A DNA stretch of 64,000 nucleotides, from IMG/VR virus record IMGVR_UViG_3300017971_000007; one strand, written 5' to 3'. Position numbers and translations under genes: made by a program. The notes under the pieces were generated by a model. That model ran no database searches and had not been told where the DNA came from. It worked only from the letters and a program-made list of their open reading frames with translations. The stretch comes from a virus. Positions 1 through 10,172 of the stretch are shown here, in pieces (position 1 is the stretch's first letter; every line of letters begins with the position of its first letter).

Positions 1-21
1 AACTGATGCGATAGGCTCTGT

Positions 22-54
22 CAATGCCGAGGGAATCCCTCGGCATTGTTTTTT
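22..54 (+). terminator. Rho-independent terminator
   Basis: 13-bp inverted repeat CAATGCCGAGGGA-A-TCCCTCGGCATTG followed by T6. Confidence 0.8.
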
Positions 55-96
55 CACTGACATCAATTTTTTCTAGAAAATCGATTGGAGAAATAC

Positions 97-597
97 ATGA
101 GAGTCATAAACAAAGTTGGGGGAAATGTCGAGATATCTTGGATGTGGCTCCCGGCGTTCATAGGAAATGACATAAGAACTTTAAAAGAGATAGACAAGCA
201 GCTGGAAGAGAATTTTCCTCCTCCTATCGAATCCAGTGAGGAGTTATTAGACAAAATTCATGACTTTGTCATAGATTTTCTGGAAAAGAGATATAAATTA
301 AAGGGATTATCAGCTTATCTTGATGGAATGAGGAGTGTTAGAGATTCGGAGAGCGGGTCTGATTCTCTGAAATTCAGAATCTCTAAGACAGAAAAATACG
401 TGGTTGAGTCAGATAATGTTGTTATATCTGTGGAGTCCAGTCAGGGAATCTATAGGTGCGCTATGTTTTGTAGGGACGGGTTCATGGATTCTACTCCAGT
501 AGGTATCATAAATTCATTTAATCCAGAGTACGAGATATTGAAGGAAGTCGTTTCTGCGATAAAAGCTTTCGAAATACAGGAGAGAAAATATGGATAG
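97..597 (+). CDS. hypothetical protein
   Basis: ORF; GGAG RBS before ATG at 97; overlaps next start. Confidence 0.7.
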   Translation: MRVINKVGGNVEISWMWLPAFIGNDIRTLKEIDKQLEENFPPPIESSEELLDKIHDFVIDFLEKRYKLKGLSAYLDGMRSVRDSESGSDSLKFRISKTEKYVVESDNVVISVESSQGIYRCAMFCRDGFMDSTPVGIINSFNPEYEILKEVVSAIKAFEIQERKYG

Positions 598-1714
598 TAA
601 AGAGGCCATGGAGATATATAACGACTTAAGGTTGAGAAGCTCTAAATTCCTCTTGGCAAACGGTATGCAGCATTCTCCGTTGATGCCGCACGCTAGACTA
701 CGGCCATTTAGTAGATCTAGAAAATCTCACCCAAATGAAGAAATTTTCCCTTCTGAGGGCACAGGCATCCCAAAAGGGATACTCTACCACTTCACTGGCG
801 GTAGAAGCGGGATAAAGTCCCTCAGATGGGGTAACGATGCCAGATGGGGTAATACAGTGAGTTCCTGGCACGCGACGATATTCGACGGACTTTCTGTGGG
901 ACTAGTCGCGGACTACTGGGACCGTGTGAGTTCGGACCTCAAGAAAATTTTTCCCGCTCCTGTAATCATAAATGCTGGCTGGTTCATGGGAACATACCAC
1001 GGCGGTCCGTTAATGAATGCTCATACTCTGGGGTTCGAGGCCGTAAACTCTGGTATGTATGATGCGAACAATATCCATCGTAGAATCAGAGGAAAAGCGC
1101 TGGTCCCATACGGCGACTATCTCTGGGAGCCGTACACTGGCAGCCAACTTACCAGTATAGTCAATCTTTCCATATTAGCTAATTCACTATTCAATCTGAA
1201 CAAGAACTACATCCTTGGCCATCAATGCGTATGTGCGATAAAAAGTGACCCCGGTCCGAGTTTTCCGATTCATTCTATTAGGGATTTTACGATAAACAGT
1301 GATGATTTCCTAGAACAGGGTACGTTGCTGTCTCCATGTGATACGAATTCCGAAGACGGAAGTTATATGGATGAGGAAGATGAATGGTTTGAACCGTCAA
1401 GGGATTTCAGAGGTGATTATTATGATGCCGTCATTCCGGTATCGCAATCTAGTGCCGATAAAAATTCAAAGTCCGTGTATTACGAGAAAGTTAAGACAGG
1501 GCTCATGTATCTAGGATTCTGCGTAAGCGGGAAAGAATCTGACATGGTCCGGAATATCAAATGGTTCCAGTCAAGCACGCATGATTGGAAGACTAGCAAG
1601 AAATATAGGCATTATCGGCCTCTGAAAGTTGACGGCATTGCCGGCAGGAGAACTATAGATGCTTTGAATTTGCGATTCAAACAGCTAGGGCTCTCATACA
1701 GGAGTGCGCTATGA
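590..1714 (+). CDS. N-acetylmuramoyl-L-alanine amidase (Amidase_2) with C-terminal peptidoglycan-binding domain; probable endolysin
   Basis: Motifs GILYHFT, SWHA, N..TLGFE, ILGHQ..K.DPG (Zn ligands); C-terminal LKVDGIAGRRT PG_binding_1-like motif. Confidence 0.85.
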   Translation: MDSKEAMEIYNDLRLRSSKFLLANGMQHSPLMPHARLRPFSRSRKSHPNEEIFPSEGTGIPKGILYHFTGGRSGIKSLRWGNDARWGNTVSSWHATIFDGLSVGLVADYWDRVSSDLKKIFPAPVIINAGWFMGTYHGGPLMNAHTLGFEAVNSGMYDANNIHRRIRGKALVPYGDYLWEPYTGSQLTSIVNLSILANSLFNLNKNYILGHQCVCAIKSDPGPSFPIHSIRDFTINSDDFLEQGTLLSPCDTNSEDGSYMDEEDEWFEPSRDFRGDYYDAVIPVSQSSADKNSKSVYYEKVKTGLMYLGFCVSGKESDMVRNIKWFQSSTHDWKTSKKYRHYRPLKVDGIAGRRTIDALNLRFKQLGLSYRSAL

Positions 1715-2313
1715 ACGGATTGGGAGAGGAGAAATTTTCTGGATATGTGCTGGAAGAATTTGAATCGTATCTTCCTAAAAAGAGGTCAGACATCCTCGAT
1801 GCCATAAGTTCGATTCTATCTGAGAAGTACGTACAATCTGTGATAATCGAGATAGGGAAGCCTATTCGATACACGAAGTATGTTAAGGAGAGCGAGGAAA
1901 CATCGTCCAGAGATAGGGTAACGCGGGGTCCGGACTTGGACCAGGTTGTCCGAAATATCAGATTGGACGAAGTTTCTTTGGACGACGTTTCTTTGGATTC
2001 TGATGAAGATTTCAGAGAGAAGTCCCTGAAACTGGCCAAAATCTTTCTCGTACTCGCCACCAAGAACTTATTTCTTACTCATATCGGAACGAGCACGTCC
2101 CTAAGTTTCATAGATTGGCTTGGAGGAGGAGCTTTGACCGGAATCCACAGATCCATGTTTGATGGGATTATCAAATTCGGCGGAGCTGTACTAGTGCAGC
2201 ATGAAGATATCCCAGAGAACGTTGTAGTCTTTTGTGCCGGGAGGAAGATGGGAGGGGAGTTATCGGACGTAACCTATGCATTAAAACTCTCAACGGAGAA
2301 GTTCTGTGAATAA
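1711..2313 (+). CDS. hypothetical protein
   Basis: 200-aa ORF, ATGA-coupled to upstream gene. Confidence 0.75.
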   Translation: MNGLGEEKFSGYVLEEFESYLPKKRSDILDAISSILSEKYVQSVIIEIGKPIRYTKYVKESEETSSRDRVTRGPDLDQVVRNIRLDEVSLDDVSLDSDEDFREKSLKLAKIFLVLATKNLFLTHIGTSTSLSFIDWLGGGALTGIHRSMFDGIIKFGGAVLVQHEDIPENVVVFCAGRKMGGELSDVTYALKLSTEKFCE

Positions 2314-2731
2314 GAAACTGATTCACGCTATTCCACCGAATGCCATCCAGCAGATGGAGCAGTGGAAGACCATGCCCAAAATTCGGGATAGTGGGAAACC
2401 TGATAGTCTGGAGGATATAGAATCACACGAGTTCTTCATGGACATAAACAAAATCATGGAGAATTTACATAGAATATCCATCGTAATCGTGAACCATGAG
2501 AGTAAAACTTTCGAAAGAAAGGAACTGGATGCTGGGGTAGATAGATATTGGGGGAGGCTGTTCATACCGGTTCATGAAATAGATGACCGTAAATGGATGC
2601 TTTCATCGAACAAGGTAATGACTGAGTTTACGGAGGGGTTGTTAGATATCGAATCCATTTCCCTGAATTACATAACCAATGAGGAAAAATTGAGAGTGCC
2701 GACTCATTGGGTGGTGACTGTTAAGGAGTAA
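2306..2731 (+). CDS. hypothetical protein
   Basis: 141-aa ORF, GGAG RBS. Confidence 0.7.
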   Translation: MNKKLIHAIPPNAIQQMEQWKTMPKIRDSGKPDSLEDIESHEFFMDINKIMENLHRISIVIVNHESKTFERKELDAGVDRYWGRLFIPVHEIDDRKWMLSSNKVMTEFTEGLLDIESISLNYITNEEKLRVPTHWVVTVKE

Positions 2732-2733
2732 AC

Positions 2734-2946
2734 ATGGATTTGCCGATGAATTGCCTGCATCCGATTCAAGTTAGGAAGGTCATTAGACAGACCGACAAAG
2801 CTATTCTGGTTAAAATAGGTAGGCGGGAGGAACGTTGGATCCCTCAGAGCGTCATCGATGATAAATCTGAGGTCTGGAAGAAGGGACAGTCCGGAGAGCT
2901 CCTCATATGTTTTGAATTTGCAGAAAGAAATGGATTAGTGAGGTGA
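2734..2946 (+). CDS. small phage beta-barrel protein (TDKAIL..WIP.S type)
   Basis: AAGGAG RBS; motif common in small phage proteins. Confidence 0.7.
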   Translation: MDLPMNCLHPIQVRKVIRQTDKAILVKIGRREERWIPQSVIDDKSEVWKKGQSGELLICFEFAERNGLVR

Positions 2947-2949
2947 TTA

Positions 2950-3474
2950 ATGAATCCGTTGAATACATACGACAAGAGATTGGCTGTGTGGTCCGTCATG
3001 GACCAGGACAATGACATTTTTCAGATGGTGGCGTGGTTTTTCAAGTCCATTCCATACGATGACAGCGTCCATCCGTTTATGGAGCACAGACAAGTCTGTG
3101 CTTTTAGGTCAGATATTGCTCCGTATACCCCCATTTCTAGGGAATGCATGCTCAATCTGCAAAACAAATACGGAAACATGTTTAATTGGGCTCACAGCCC
3201 AACTTCTGCAATGTATAGAAGGGCCGCTTATAGACCAGATGCTTGGAAAGTGTTTCGTGAGTACCTTGAAAAGACATGGGGGAACTATCTTCCGAAAGAC
3301 TTAGTTCCTGTCAGCACTAACCTCCTCGTTAGTGACTATCTTCTCTATAAAGGCCTGTTTAACTTGTACAAGGATTTTACGAACGCCGCACATGACGAGA
3401 AATTACTTTCCAGGTACGATTTTGTGTTCACTCCTCCGAAACTTCCAGCTTGTTATGCGGGAGTGGGAAAATGA
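2950..3474 (+). CDS. hypothetical protein
   Basis: 174-aa ORF, GAGGTG RBS. Confidence 0.7.
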   Translation: MNPLNTYDKRLAVWSVMDQDNDIFQMVAWFFKSIPYDDSVHPFMEHRQVCAFRSDIAPYTPISRECMLNLQNKYGNMFNWAHSPTSAMYRRAAYRPDAWKVFREYLEKTWGNYLPKDLVPVSTNLLVSDYLLYKGLFNLYKDFTNAAHDEKLLSRYDFVFTPPKLPACYAGVGK

Positions 3475-4334
3475 TGAACGATTCATCTGATTTCAATTTG
3501 TTTGTAGAAGGGCCTCACGAGCACGTCCATCGTGAATTAACGGAGAGAGGTTCAATTACTAAAGGGACGAACAAGTCCGTAATAGGAAACCCTGAGTTTG
3601 CTGAGATCTTGCAACGGGTGGACTGGTATTTGGAGGCTGTCAATGGATTAATCAGGCTAAGGGATCCTCATTCTATGGACTTGTCCACTGACCGAGGAAA
3701 ATTGGATTTTATCAATGCGTTGGATAGAAGAATAGCCGGAATGGTGCGAAAAATTGCGAGGATAGGGGATTCCATAAAAGATTTTGATGATAAGAATGGT
3801 ATCGAGGAAATGAGGATGTTCAGCAGAGAGAGAATTCTTCTAGAGGAGTATAAGCGGGGATTTGAGTGTGGACGCGTAGTTAGTGCCAGACGAAGAACTA
3901 GGGTCTTGAAAAGGTGGATATCTAAAGACGGCTCTGGAATCGAGATAATAGGGGATGTAAGTAGGCCCTTTATATGGAAAAAAGTCGTTCCTGGACAGCT
4001 GGTATCTCTGGGATCCAAAATAGTGTATCTTGATTCCAAAAAGAGGCTGAACTGTTTCTCCTATAACGAGAAAGCCGAGGGCTGTCATGTAATCACTGTA
4101 GGCAGTACTGGGTTGGTAGGATTTATCCAAAAGACTGGAGTCGAGCTTGTGTGTCGTCAGTTAATTGGGGATAAGTTTCTTCACATTCTTCATGCGAATG
4201 AGGGAGGTGTCATATCTGTCAGTGGAAGATATTTCATCTTGTTTAGTGGAGAACTTTTTCCTATTCCTACGTCTATTCTACTGAGAGACGGCATCATCAA
4301 ATCTGATTCTTTTGAGGAGAGTCCGAATCAGTAA
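3471..4334 (+). CDS. hypothetical protein
   Basis: Long ORF; ATGA coupling at 3471. Confidence 0.7.
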   Translation: MMNDSSDFNLFVEGPHEHVHRELTERGSITKGTNKSVIGNPEFAEILQRVDWYLEAVNGLIRLRDPHSMDLSTDRGKLDFINALDRRIAGMVRKIARIGDSIKDFDDKNGIEEMRMFSRERILLEEYKRGFECGRVVSARRRTRVLKRWISKDGSGIEIIGDVSRPFIWKKVVPGQLVSLGSKIVYLDSKKRLNCFSYNEKAEGCHVITVGSTGLVGFIQKTGVELVCRQLIGDKFLHILHANEGGVISVSGRYFILFSGELFPIPTSILLRDGIIKSDSFEESPNQ

Positions 4335-4354
4335 TCAGATATCGAGGAACGGTT

Positions 4355-4558
4355 ATGAGTGTCATACAACCAAAAGAAGAAGTCTGTAAGTGCGAGGACA
4401 GTCAGTTTCTTGTTATCGAAAAGCACGGTGCCTACGACTACCACCGGTGTCTAACATGCAAAAATGTTATAAAGGTAGTGGACACTATGAAGGAGAAAAG
4501 AGGTGGACGAACTAGAAAAAAGAGTAAAAGAGTTCCTCCAAAAATTCATGAGCAGTAG
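4355..4558 (+). CDS. small Zn-ribbon protein
   Basis: CxC...CxxC, basic tail, GAGG RBS. Confidence 0.55.
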   Translation: MSVIQPKEEVCKCEDSQFLVIEKHGAYDYHRCLTCKNVIKVVDTMKEKRGGRTRKKSKRVPPKIHEQ

Positions 4559-4784
4559 AAGACAAAATTTTGGGATACATGGATGGATTACTCTAGATAC
4601 TGTTAAGAGAGTAGGAGCAGAGTTCATAATAAACAAAGCTGTTCCTGCCTTATCCAATAAACAAGAAATTCTGGACAAACTCAACTCCACCATCAGATCT
4701 CTCATAAAATCAGGGAAGCTGTCGTATAGAGAAGAAGTGTTATTCACTGGCGGTGAGTTATTTGAGGAGGAAGAGAATGGATAA
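4503..4784 (+). CDS. hypothetical protein, possibly winged-helix
   Basis: 93-aa ORF; IRSLIKSGKL pattern; AGGAG upstream. Confidence 0.55.
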   Translation: MDELEKRVKEFLQKFMSSRRQNFGIHGWITLDTVKRVGAEFIINKAVPALSNKQEILDKLNSTIRSLIKSGKLSYREEVLFTGGELFEEEENG

Positions 4785-5103
4785 GCTTTGTCCTTTATGT
4801 AAGAGTCCTGGGACGGACTTGATCTTCAAGTTCTATTGCTCAAATTCCGAATGTAAGAATTTCAATAAATCGGAGGAACCGTTCTCCAGGAATCCCATTA
4901 ATAAGGATATAGAGGATGATTTTCGTGTAGTATCCTCGGACATAAGAGAGCGCGTGGATATGTCCGAATCTTACCAATATATTATCGACGTGCTGTCAAA
5001 GTCGGTGTCCGTGAACCCTATTCTACCTGATGTGGATTGGACGGAAATAGGAAAGAAATGGGGTGAGATATTCAAGGAGGTTTTGAAAGATAAAAATGAG
5101 TAA
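4777..5103 (+). CDS. Zn-ribbon protein
   Basis: CPLC..CSNSEC, similar to N-terminus of 12399..12860; GAGGAGG RBS. Confidence 0.65.
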   Translation: MDKLCPLCKSPGTDLIFKFYCSNSECKNFNKSEEPFSRNPINKDIEDDFRVVSSDIRERVDMSESYQYIIDVLSKSVSVNPILPDVDWTEIGKKWGEIFKEVLKDKNE

Positions 5104-5563
5104 CGAGGATGAGATTGTGCAAGTTCTGTGTCAGGAGAACAAGATAAGTCTAGATTCTATAAGACGCGGTCTTGAGTCTTCTCTAAAATTTCATTGGATT
5201 GGGTTTCCCTGGCAGAAGGAAGTCGTAGACGTAATTTCTGAAATCGTGTACGAACATTTCCTGGAATTTGGCAGGAACAAGACCATATCAGCCTTAGAAC
5301 GTTCATTTGAACACAAGCCGCTGTGGTTGTTCGGGTCTGAGGCGAAGAATACTGAATTCGGGAAGATGCCTGTTTGGTCTAGTGAATTTGACCGCGAATC
5401 TTTCAAGAAACTAGTGAGGGCGGAGCTATATGGACATAAAAATAGAGATGAATGTCGTTTACTCGGAAGAAGAAGTAAAGGGCCTGCCAAAGAACTTAAT
5501 CCAGCAACTAGTGGCCGAGAATTCTCTGAGAACTGTGATAAAGATTCTCAGAGAAAAATATGA
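5096..5563 (+). CDS. hypothetical protein
   Basis: 155-aa ORF coupled to upstream gene; 3' end overlaps next gene. Confidence 0.55.
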   Translation: MSNEDEIVQVLCQENKISLDSIRRGLESSLKFHWIGFPWQKEVVDVISEIVYEHFLEFGRNKTISALERSFEHKPLWLFGSEAKNTEFGKMPVWSSEFDRESFKKLVRAELYGHKNRDECRLLGRRSKGPAKELNPATSGREFSENCDKDSQRKI

Positions 5564-5684
5564 TCTGAGCTTAGATTATCTTATTCAGTCTTTTGAAGGT
5601 GCTGTGGCTGATTTGGAAAAAATCAGCCACAAGAAGATGAATTGGGATTTTGAGTATATCTCAAACAAATACCGGAGGAGGTGA
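5430..5684 (+). CDS. hypothetical protein
   Basis: GGAG RBS; coupled to downstream gene. Confidence 0.6.
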   Translation: MDIKIEMNVVYSEEEVKGLPKNLIQQLVAENSLRTVIKILREKYDLSLDYLIQSFEGAVADLEKISHKKMNWDFEYISNKYRRR

Positions 5685-6361
5685 TTATGTCCGAATTTTT
5701 GAAAAAGTACTGGGTTATGTCATTATTGGCTTTCATCATTCTCTCTGTGGCCGCATCTTCCATAATATGCGCAGTTGCCAGGGGGGAAGGCGATAACGGG
5801 TTTATGCGTGTGGACTCAAAGCCCGTGGTGTGGAAAGGGACGGACCTTCCGATTTCCTGTTTCTACAGCGATGTTCTTCACTCTCATTTCCATTATATGA
5901 ATGACGCCATTCAAAGAATAAACTCTTCCACGAATAAAATAGTGTTCTTGAGCTGCTATCCGTGGTCTATGAAGACCGAATACTCCAACTCCAGGAAGAA
6001 GGTCGTAAAGGGGATTGTTTTAGTCACAAGCTCTGTAGAGGATGTAGAGGGGGAAGAATCTGTAGTGGTTACTACGAACAAATCAGTACCTATATTTTCT
6101 AGTGTCTATCACAAAAACGGAAACATTTACGGGGTGCGTGTATCTGCAGATCCTGACTACAAACCGTGGAAGGAGTCCGTCAGAGTAAAGATCATGACCA
6201 ATCTATATCTTAGAGCCTTTTTAAATGCTTTGGGTCTGGACAATGACAGGGTCAAAAAATCTATCATGTATCCGACTGGGGATGCTGGCACCATTCTTCT
6301 ACAAAAGATTACAGACAGGGACATGAAGCTTTTAAAATCTGTATATTCCGGTCCAAAATAA
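5681..6361 (+). CDS. membrane-anchored matrixin/metzincin-like protein with degenerate active site
   Basis: N-terminal TM helix; RAFLNALGLDN in place of HExxHxxGxxH, followed by SIMYP Met-turn. Confidence 0.6.
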   Translation: MIMSEFLKKYWVMSLLAFIILSVAASSIICAVARGEGDNGFMRVDSKPVVWKGTDLPISCFYSDVLHSHFHYMNDAIQRINSSTNKIVFLSCYPWSMKTEYSNSRKKVVKGIVLVTSSVEDVEGEESVVVTTNKSVPIFSSVYHKNGNIYGVRVSADPDYKPWKESVRVKIMTNLYLRAFLNALGLDNDRVKKSIMYPTGDAGTILLQKITDRDMKLLKSVYSGPK

Positions 6362-6371
6362 CTACAGAATC

Positions 6372-6405
6372 AGTACAATTGGCCTGCAATCAGGCCAATT
6401 GTACT
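6372..6405. repeat. perfect 15-bp inverted repeat
   Basis: AGTACAATTGGCCTG-CAAT-CAGGCCAATTGTACT, intergenic. Confidence 0.9.
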
Positions 6406-6446
6406 AGATATACGTCAAAATCTGTGCTTATCTACTAATTTAGAAG

Positions 6447-6911
6447 ATGGAGGCAATATTGGAAGAGATTATCAACGCAATAAATGGCACCAAATACGGG
6501 GAAGTGGTCAAAGTCACCGAGTCTGAGGAATCTTTTAGGGTTGTCCACAGGGTATATCCCGACAAGAAACCGCGGTGGAGAGAGGTTTTGGGAAGGATTA
6601 TCTTAGGGGATAGGAAGTGGCAATTTCATTCTGGAATCTTTTATTTCGCTGATAATGGGGTCGTGAAGTATGCATGGGAGATGATTGTAAGATATTGCGG
6701 GGAAGACCCCAAATCGGTTAAATCGGAAATCGTCCGATTGATTAAGAACATTCCTACGACCGGTGTGGCAGACCATGCGAAGGGTTCCCTCCTTGAAGAA
6801 TATCCCCTAATCGGAGCCGATGAAAACAGGAATAAGCCTGAAGGTCCCATAAACCCAAAAGCTCCTCATAAAATGAAGGGAGCTCATCTTGTTAGAGGAG
6901 CTACTAGATGA
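6447..6911 (+). CDS. hypothetical protein
   Basis: 154-aa ORF; no SD, TAATTT 5 nt upstream (possibly leaderless). Confidence 0.7.
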   Translation: MEAILEEIINAINGTKYGEVVKVTESEESFRVVHRVYPDKKPRWREVLGRIILGDRKWQFHSGIFYFADNGVVKYAWEMIVRYCGEDPKSVKSEIVRLIKNIPTTGVADHAKGSLLEEYPLIGADENRNKPEGPINPKAPHKMKGAHLVRGATR

Positions 6912-7660
6912 CCAGAAGCTACAACGTGATCAGCGATATCCATGCTAGAAGAGAACTTGAGTTCGGCCCTGAACATGAGATACAGAATCAGATCGAGATG
7001 GCTAGGAGGGAGATGGAGGGAAGGAAAGTAGAGCCTCTCGATTCAAGAGAAATGGAGGCCGTGAACAAGAGGATAGAGATTCTCAAGAAGCTACTTCACA
7101 GGGACCTAAGAGCGAAGTTCAAGATAGAGGTTCATTTTGATAAACACAGAACGACTGTCGTGAAACCTTTTTGCGGAGCGATTAGTGTATGGCTGTCAGG
7201 GACCATGTTTAATGGAGGAGGAGACCAAAAGCTGTACGAGTGCCCTAATCCAGAATGCGGGGCGTTGATTTATCCGTACCAGATAAGCCAGCAAAATGTT
7301 GTGGAGAATGGGTTTGAGGAGTTTAAATCAATCAGTTACTGTTCGAAATGTGGAAGGGTATGGGATTCAGAAAAAACTATTGGAGAGAGGTTGCTTAAAT
7401 TAACCCACCAGAATTGGGTGGAGGCGATTATACGGGTGATGTTGAAGTTAGATATGGATGCCGACATCTATCTCAAGTTCCACACCGAAGACATTAGATA
7501 CAGGACCATGATGGAGATGGCCCGAGACAGGGGAGGAGAGGAAATTGCCAGGGTTAGGAAAAGCAGAGCTTTGCATATCTACCCACTTAAAAATATCATT
7601 CAGGACACTAAGAACGGCGCGTCTCTGGAAAGCAGAATCAAGGCTTTTATAAGTGCTTAG
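6908..7660 (+). CDS. Zn-ribbon-containing protein
   Basis: CPNPEC...CSKC; 250 aa. Confidence 0.7.
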   Translation: MTRSYNVISDIHARRELEFGPEHEIQNQIEMARREMEGRKVEPLDSREMEAVNKRIEILKKLLHRDLRAKFKIEVHFDKHRTTVVKPFCGAISVWLSGTMFNGGGDQKLYECPNPECGALIYPYQISQQNVVENGFEEFKSISYCSKCGRVWDSEKTIGERLLKLTHQNWVEAIIRVMLKLDMDADIYLKFHTEDIRYRTMMEMARDRGGEEIARVRKSRALHIYPLKNIIQDTKNGASLESRIKAFISA

Positions 7661-8014
7661 ATGAGAGTAAAGGAAATTATCCAAACTGTTAAGGAGGGAG
7701 AGTACAGGAAGGCTGTATATTCTACTGTCATCGACTTCCTAAAAAGGTTTGTTAGTACAGACACGTTCAAACCAGAACAAGGAATACAAGCTCCGCACAT
7801 CTGCGGGGAGCTCATAGTCCCTGAATCATACATCGAGGACGTGATTGCGGAGCTGGAAAAAAAGATAAACGGAATAGACTCTGAGGTCTCAGAGCTCACT
7901 GGATTAGAAGTAGGTAAGGAGAAAAATGTCAAAAGCAAAAAGAAAGCCGCGAGGAAGAACAAGACCTCTAACCGCAAGACAGTCCGTTCGAAGTCAAAAC
8001 GAGGCCCTGTTTAA
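7661..8014 (+). CDS. hypothetical protein with basic C-terminal tail
   Basis: 117-aa ORF abutting upstream stop. Confidence 0.65.
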   Translation: MRVKEIIQTVKEGEYRKAVYSTVIDFLKRFVSTDTFKPEQGIQAPHICGELIVPESYIEDVIAELEKKINGIDSEVSELTGLEVGKEKNVKSKKKAARKNKTSNRKTVRSKSKRGPV

Positions 8015-8879
8015 GCAATTCTCGGATATTATAAAACAGATGAACGAGAATCTGAGAAAGTTCGAGAAGAAGGTTATCGAATCGAACAAGGCCTTGTGGA
8101 ATAACCAATCCAAAATGAATAGCGGATTAAGGGCTTTCGAACATCATGTGATGATTATAAGAAGAGTCTTGAACGATCTCTGCTGCGACAAGACCGAGGG
8201 TACTACAAAAACTAGGATTTTGACTTCCTCAGATCTTGAGACCCCGTTACCAGATGACAACAGAAATGTTTGCCTTAATTGGGATTGGTACACGGATCAA
8301 ATCTATTTTGCCAAGGACCATAACGCTTTTATGTGCGGTCAAACAATTCCTGATGAGGAGTTGAAAGAGCTTCTTGATAGGGAAGTAATGAAATACTGGG
8401 TATCTGTGTGGGTACCTTTTCTCAATGAGCTACGGGAGAAGACTGACTCGGAGACAATGTCTAGGTATCTGGCCTCGGAGACAGACGAACAGTTTGATGA
8501 GCTTTTTGGATACGCCATAGGTTTGCTAAGTGAGAAGCGGAGGGTAACTGACGAGGATAAGGGATTCCTGAGGAAGTATCTTCCTTCGGCATTGAATACC
8601 GTCAGGGATATGATCGCGAAGGAAAAGAAAGCTGAAGAGGAAAAGAAGGCCGAGGAAGAAAGAAAAAAGGCTGAGCAAAAGGAATTGGAGGAGAGTGAGC
8701 GTGTACATGTGGAGAATCCAGAACAGGACCTGTCCAGTCAAATCATAGCTCTTCTGCAGGCCGGGAAAGATAAAGAGGCTAGAGAACTAATTGTTCAGCA
8801 GGAACAATCCAACAAATACGAGAGGGCGGAATTCAAGGTTCCAGAGGGAGCGACAGTGTTTGGAGGCGGTAATGGGTAA
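7926..8879 (+). CDS. coiled-coil protein
   Basis: 317 aa; AAGGAG RBS; EKKAEEE repeats. Confidence 0.75.
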   Translation: MSKAKRKPRGRTRPLTARQSVRSQNEALFKQFSDIIKQMNENLRKFEKKVIESNKALWNNQSKMNSGLRAFEHHVMIIRRVLNDLCCDKTEGTTKTRILTSSDLETPLPDDNRNVCLNWDWYTDQIYFAKDHNAFMCGQTIPDEELKELLDREVMKYWVSVWVPFLNELREKTDSETMSRYLASETDEQFDELFGYAIGLLSEKRRVTDEDKGFLRKYLPSALNTVRDMIAKEKKAEEEKKAEEERKKAEQKELEESERVHVENPEQDLSSQIIALLQAGKDKEARELIVQQEQSNKYERAEFKVPEGATVFGGGNG

Positions 8880-9030
8880 GAAAGTGACTAAAAGACAGCA
8901 TCCTGCTGGGCCGGCCAAGATAAGATGTTCTGGTTGTAAGCTGGGAGTGGCTGTTCTCACCCAAACCGCAGAAGGAAAATTCTACATCTGCAACAGATGC
9001 GGTAAAAAGTACTCAGTGTCTTCCTTCTAA
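8872..9030 (+). CDS. small Zn-ribbon protein
   Basis: CSGC...CNRC; GGAGG RBS before ATG 8872. Confidence 0.65.
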   Translation: MGKKVTKRQHPAGPAKIRCSGCKLGVAVLTQTAEGKFYICNRCGKKYSVSSF

Positions 9031-9053
9031 GAAATCACAAAAAGGAGAATATT

Positions 9054-10091
9054 TTGGATCAGACAGAGAAAAATGTCATGAATACGTTTATACTTCATCA
9101 TAACGATTGGGATGGGTATGTATCGGCGTGGATCCTTAATAAAGAAATAGACAGTATTTTTGAGGATAAAGTAACAGGCGATATCTTCAAAGACGCTGCC
9201 GGACCCCACAAGATCTGGTCATTTCCAGTGAAATACGGTGATCACATCACGAAAATTGAGGAGTTGAATGATCGGCCAGATGCTCTGGTCTACATCCTGG
9301 ACTTCTCTTTCCCTTCAGACGAATTGTTCGAATTCGCGAAGAATAGGAGTGGGCTGGTAATTCTTCTGGACCATCATGTTAGTGCACGAGATAAATACTC
9401 TACCTATCTTCAGGAATTGGGGAAAGGTTTTAATATTTTTAATAGGACAGTGGAGATGGGGTTGAGATCGTACTGTACATATACGGACCTCAATTGCAGA
9501 ATCATATTCGAAGACGGCGTACCTGGATGTATAATGACTGCGGACTATCTGAACGGATTCCACCTGTCGTCAGGTCCTCCAGCAATCCCAACGTATTTGG
9601 CTGAGTACGTTGCAGAGCACGATCTGTATAAATTTGATCTCCCGCACTCAAAATCCATTAGGTCTGCATTCAGGAAATATCAATTATCCTTAGAATCGTG
9701 TGAGATCATGAATAATAGACTAGAGACTGAGTTCGGTGACGTAGTTCGTGAGGGAAAAGCTATCCGCGACTACATGGAGAGACTCAAGAAATCTGCCATA
9801 AGACGGGCTGAAGAAGTTACGATGAACGGTCTAACAGGTCTGATGACAGCGAACGTCCCAAACCAGGCATCGGATATAGCTCATCAGCTTGCTGTGGATT
9901 CTAAGGACGGTCTCGGGGTGTGTTGGTACAAGGAAAGAGGTAAAGATAGGGTCTGGCACTATGAGCTGAGGTCGGACGGAAGATTAAATGTGTCGAAGAT
10001 AGCGAAGCTGTACGGAGGAGGAGGTCATGTCCGCGCTGCTGGATTTACTAGTGAAAGACCTCCTACTTCATTCATACCCAAACAAAAATAG
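9054..10091 (+). CDS. DHH/DHHA1 family phosphoesterase (NrnB/oligoribonuclease-like)
   Basis: HHNDWDG, YILDF, LLDHH, DLY.F, ELRS and GGGGH.RAAGF motifs. Confidence 0.9.
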   Translation: MDQTEKNVMNTFILHHNDWDGYVSAWILNKEIDSIFEDKVTGDIFKDAAGPHKIWSFPVKYGDHITKIEELNDRPDALVYILDFSFPSDELFEFAKNRSGLVILLDHHVSARDKYSTYLQELGKGFNIFNRTVEMGLRSYCTYTDLNCRIIFEDGVPGCIMTADYLNGFHLSSGPPAIPTYLAEYVAEHDLYKFDLPHSKSIRSAFRKYQLSLESCEIMNNRLETEFGDVVREGKAIRDYMERLKKSAIRRAEEVTMNGLTGLMTANVPNQASDIAHQLAVDSKDGLGVCWYKERGKDRVWHYELRSDGRLNVSKIAKLYGGGGHVRAAGFTSERPPTSFIPKQK

Positions 10092-10110
10092 TCCTAATTT
10101 CAGTATAAGA
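10084..10110 (+). promoter_or_regulatory. putative phage early promoter
   Basis: AAAAATA-N12-GTATAAGA; copy of a motif recurring about 12 times in intergenic gaps. Confidence 0.6.
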
Positions 10111-10172
10111 TAGATGAATTCCTGAGTAACTTATTACTCAGGAATTCTTTTTTTCTAGAACAGGAGCGAAGA

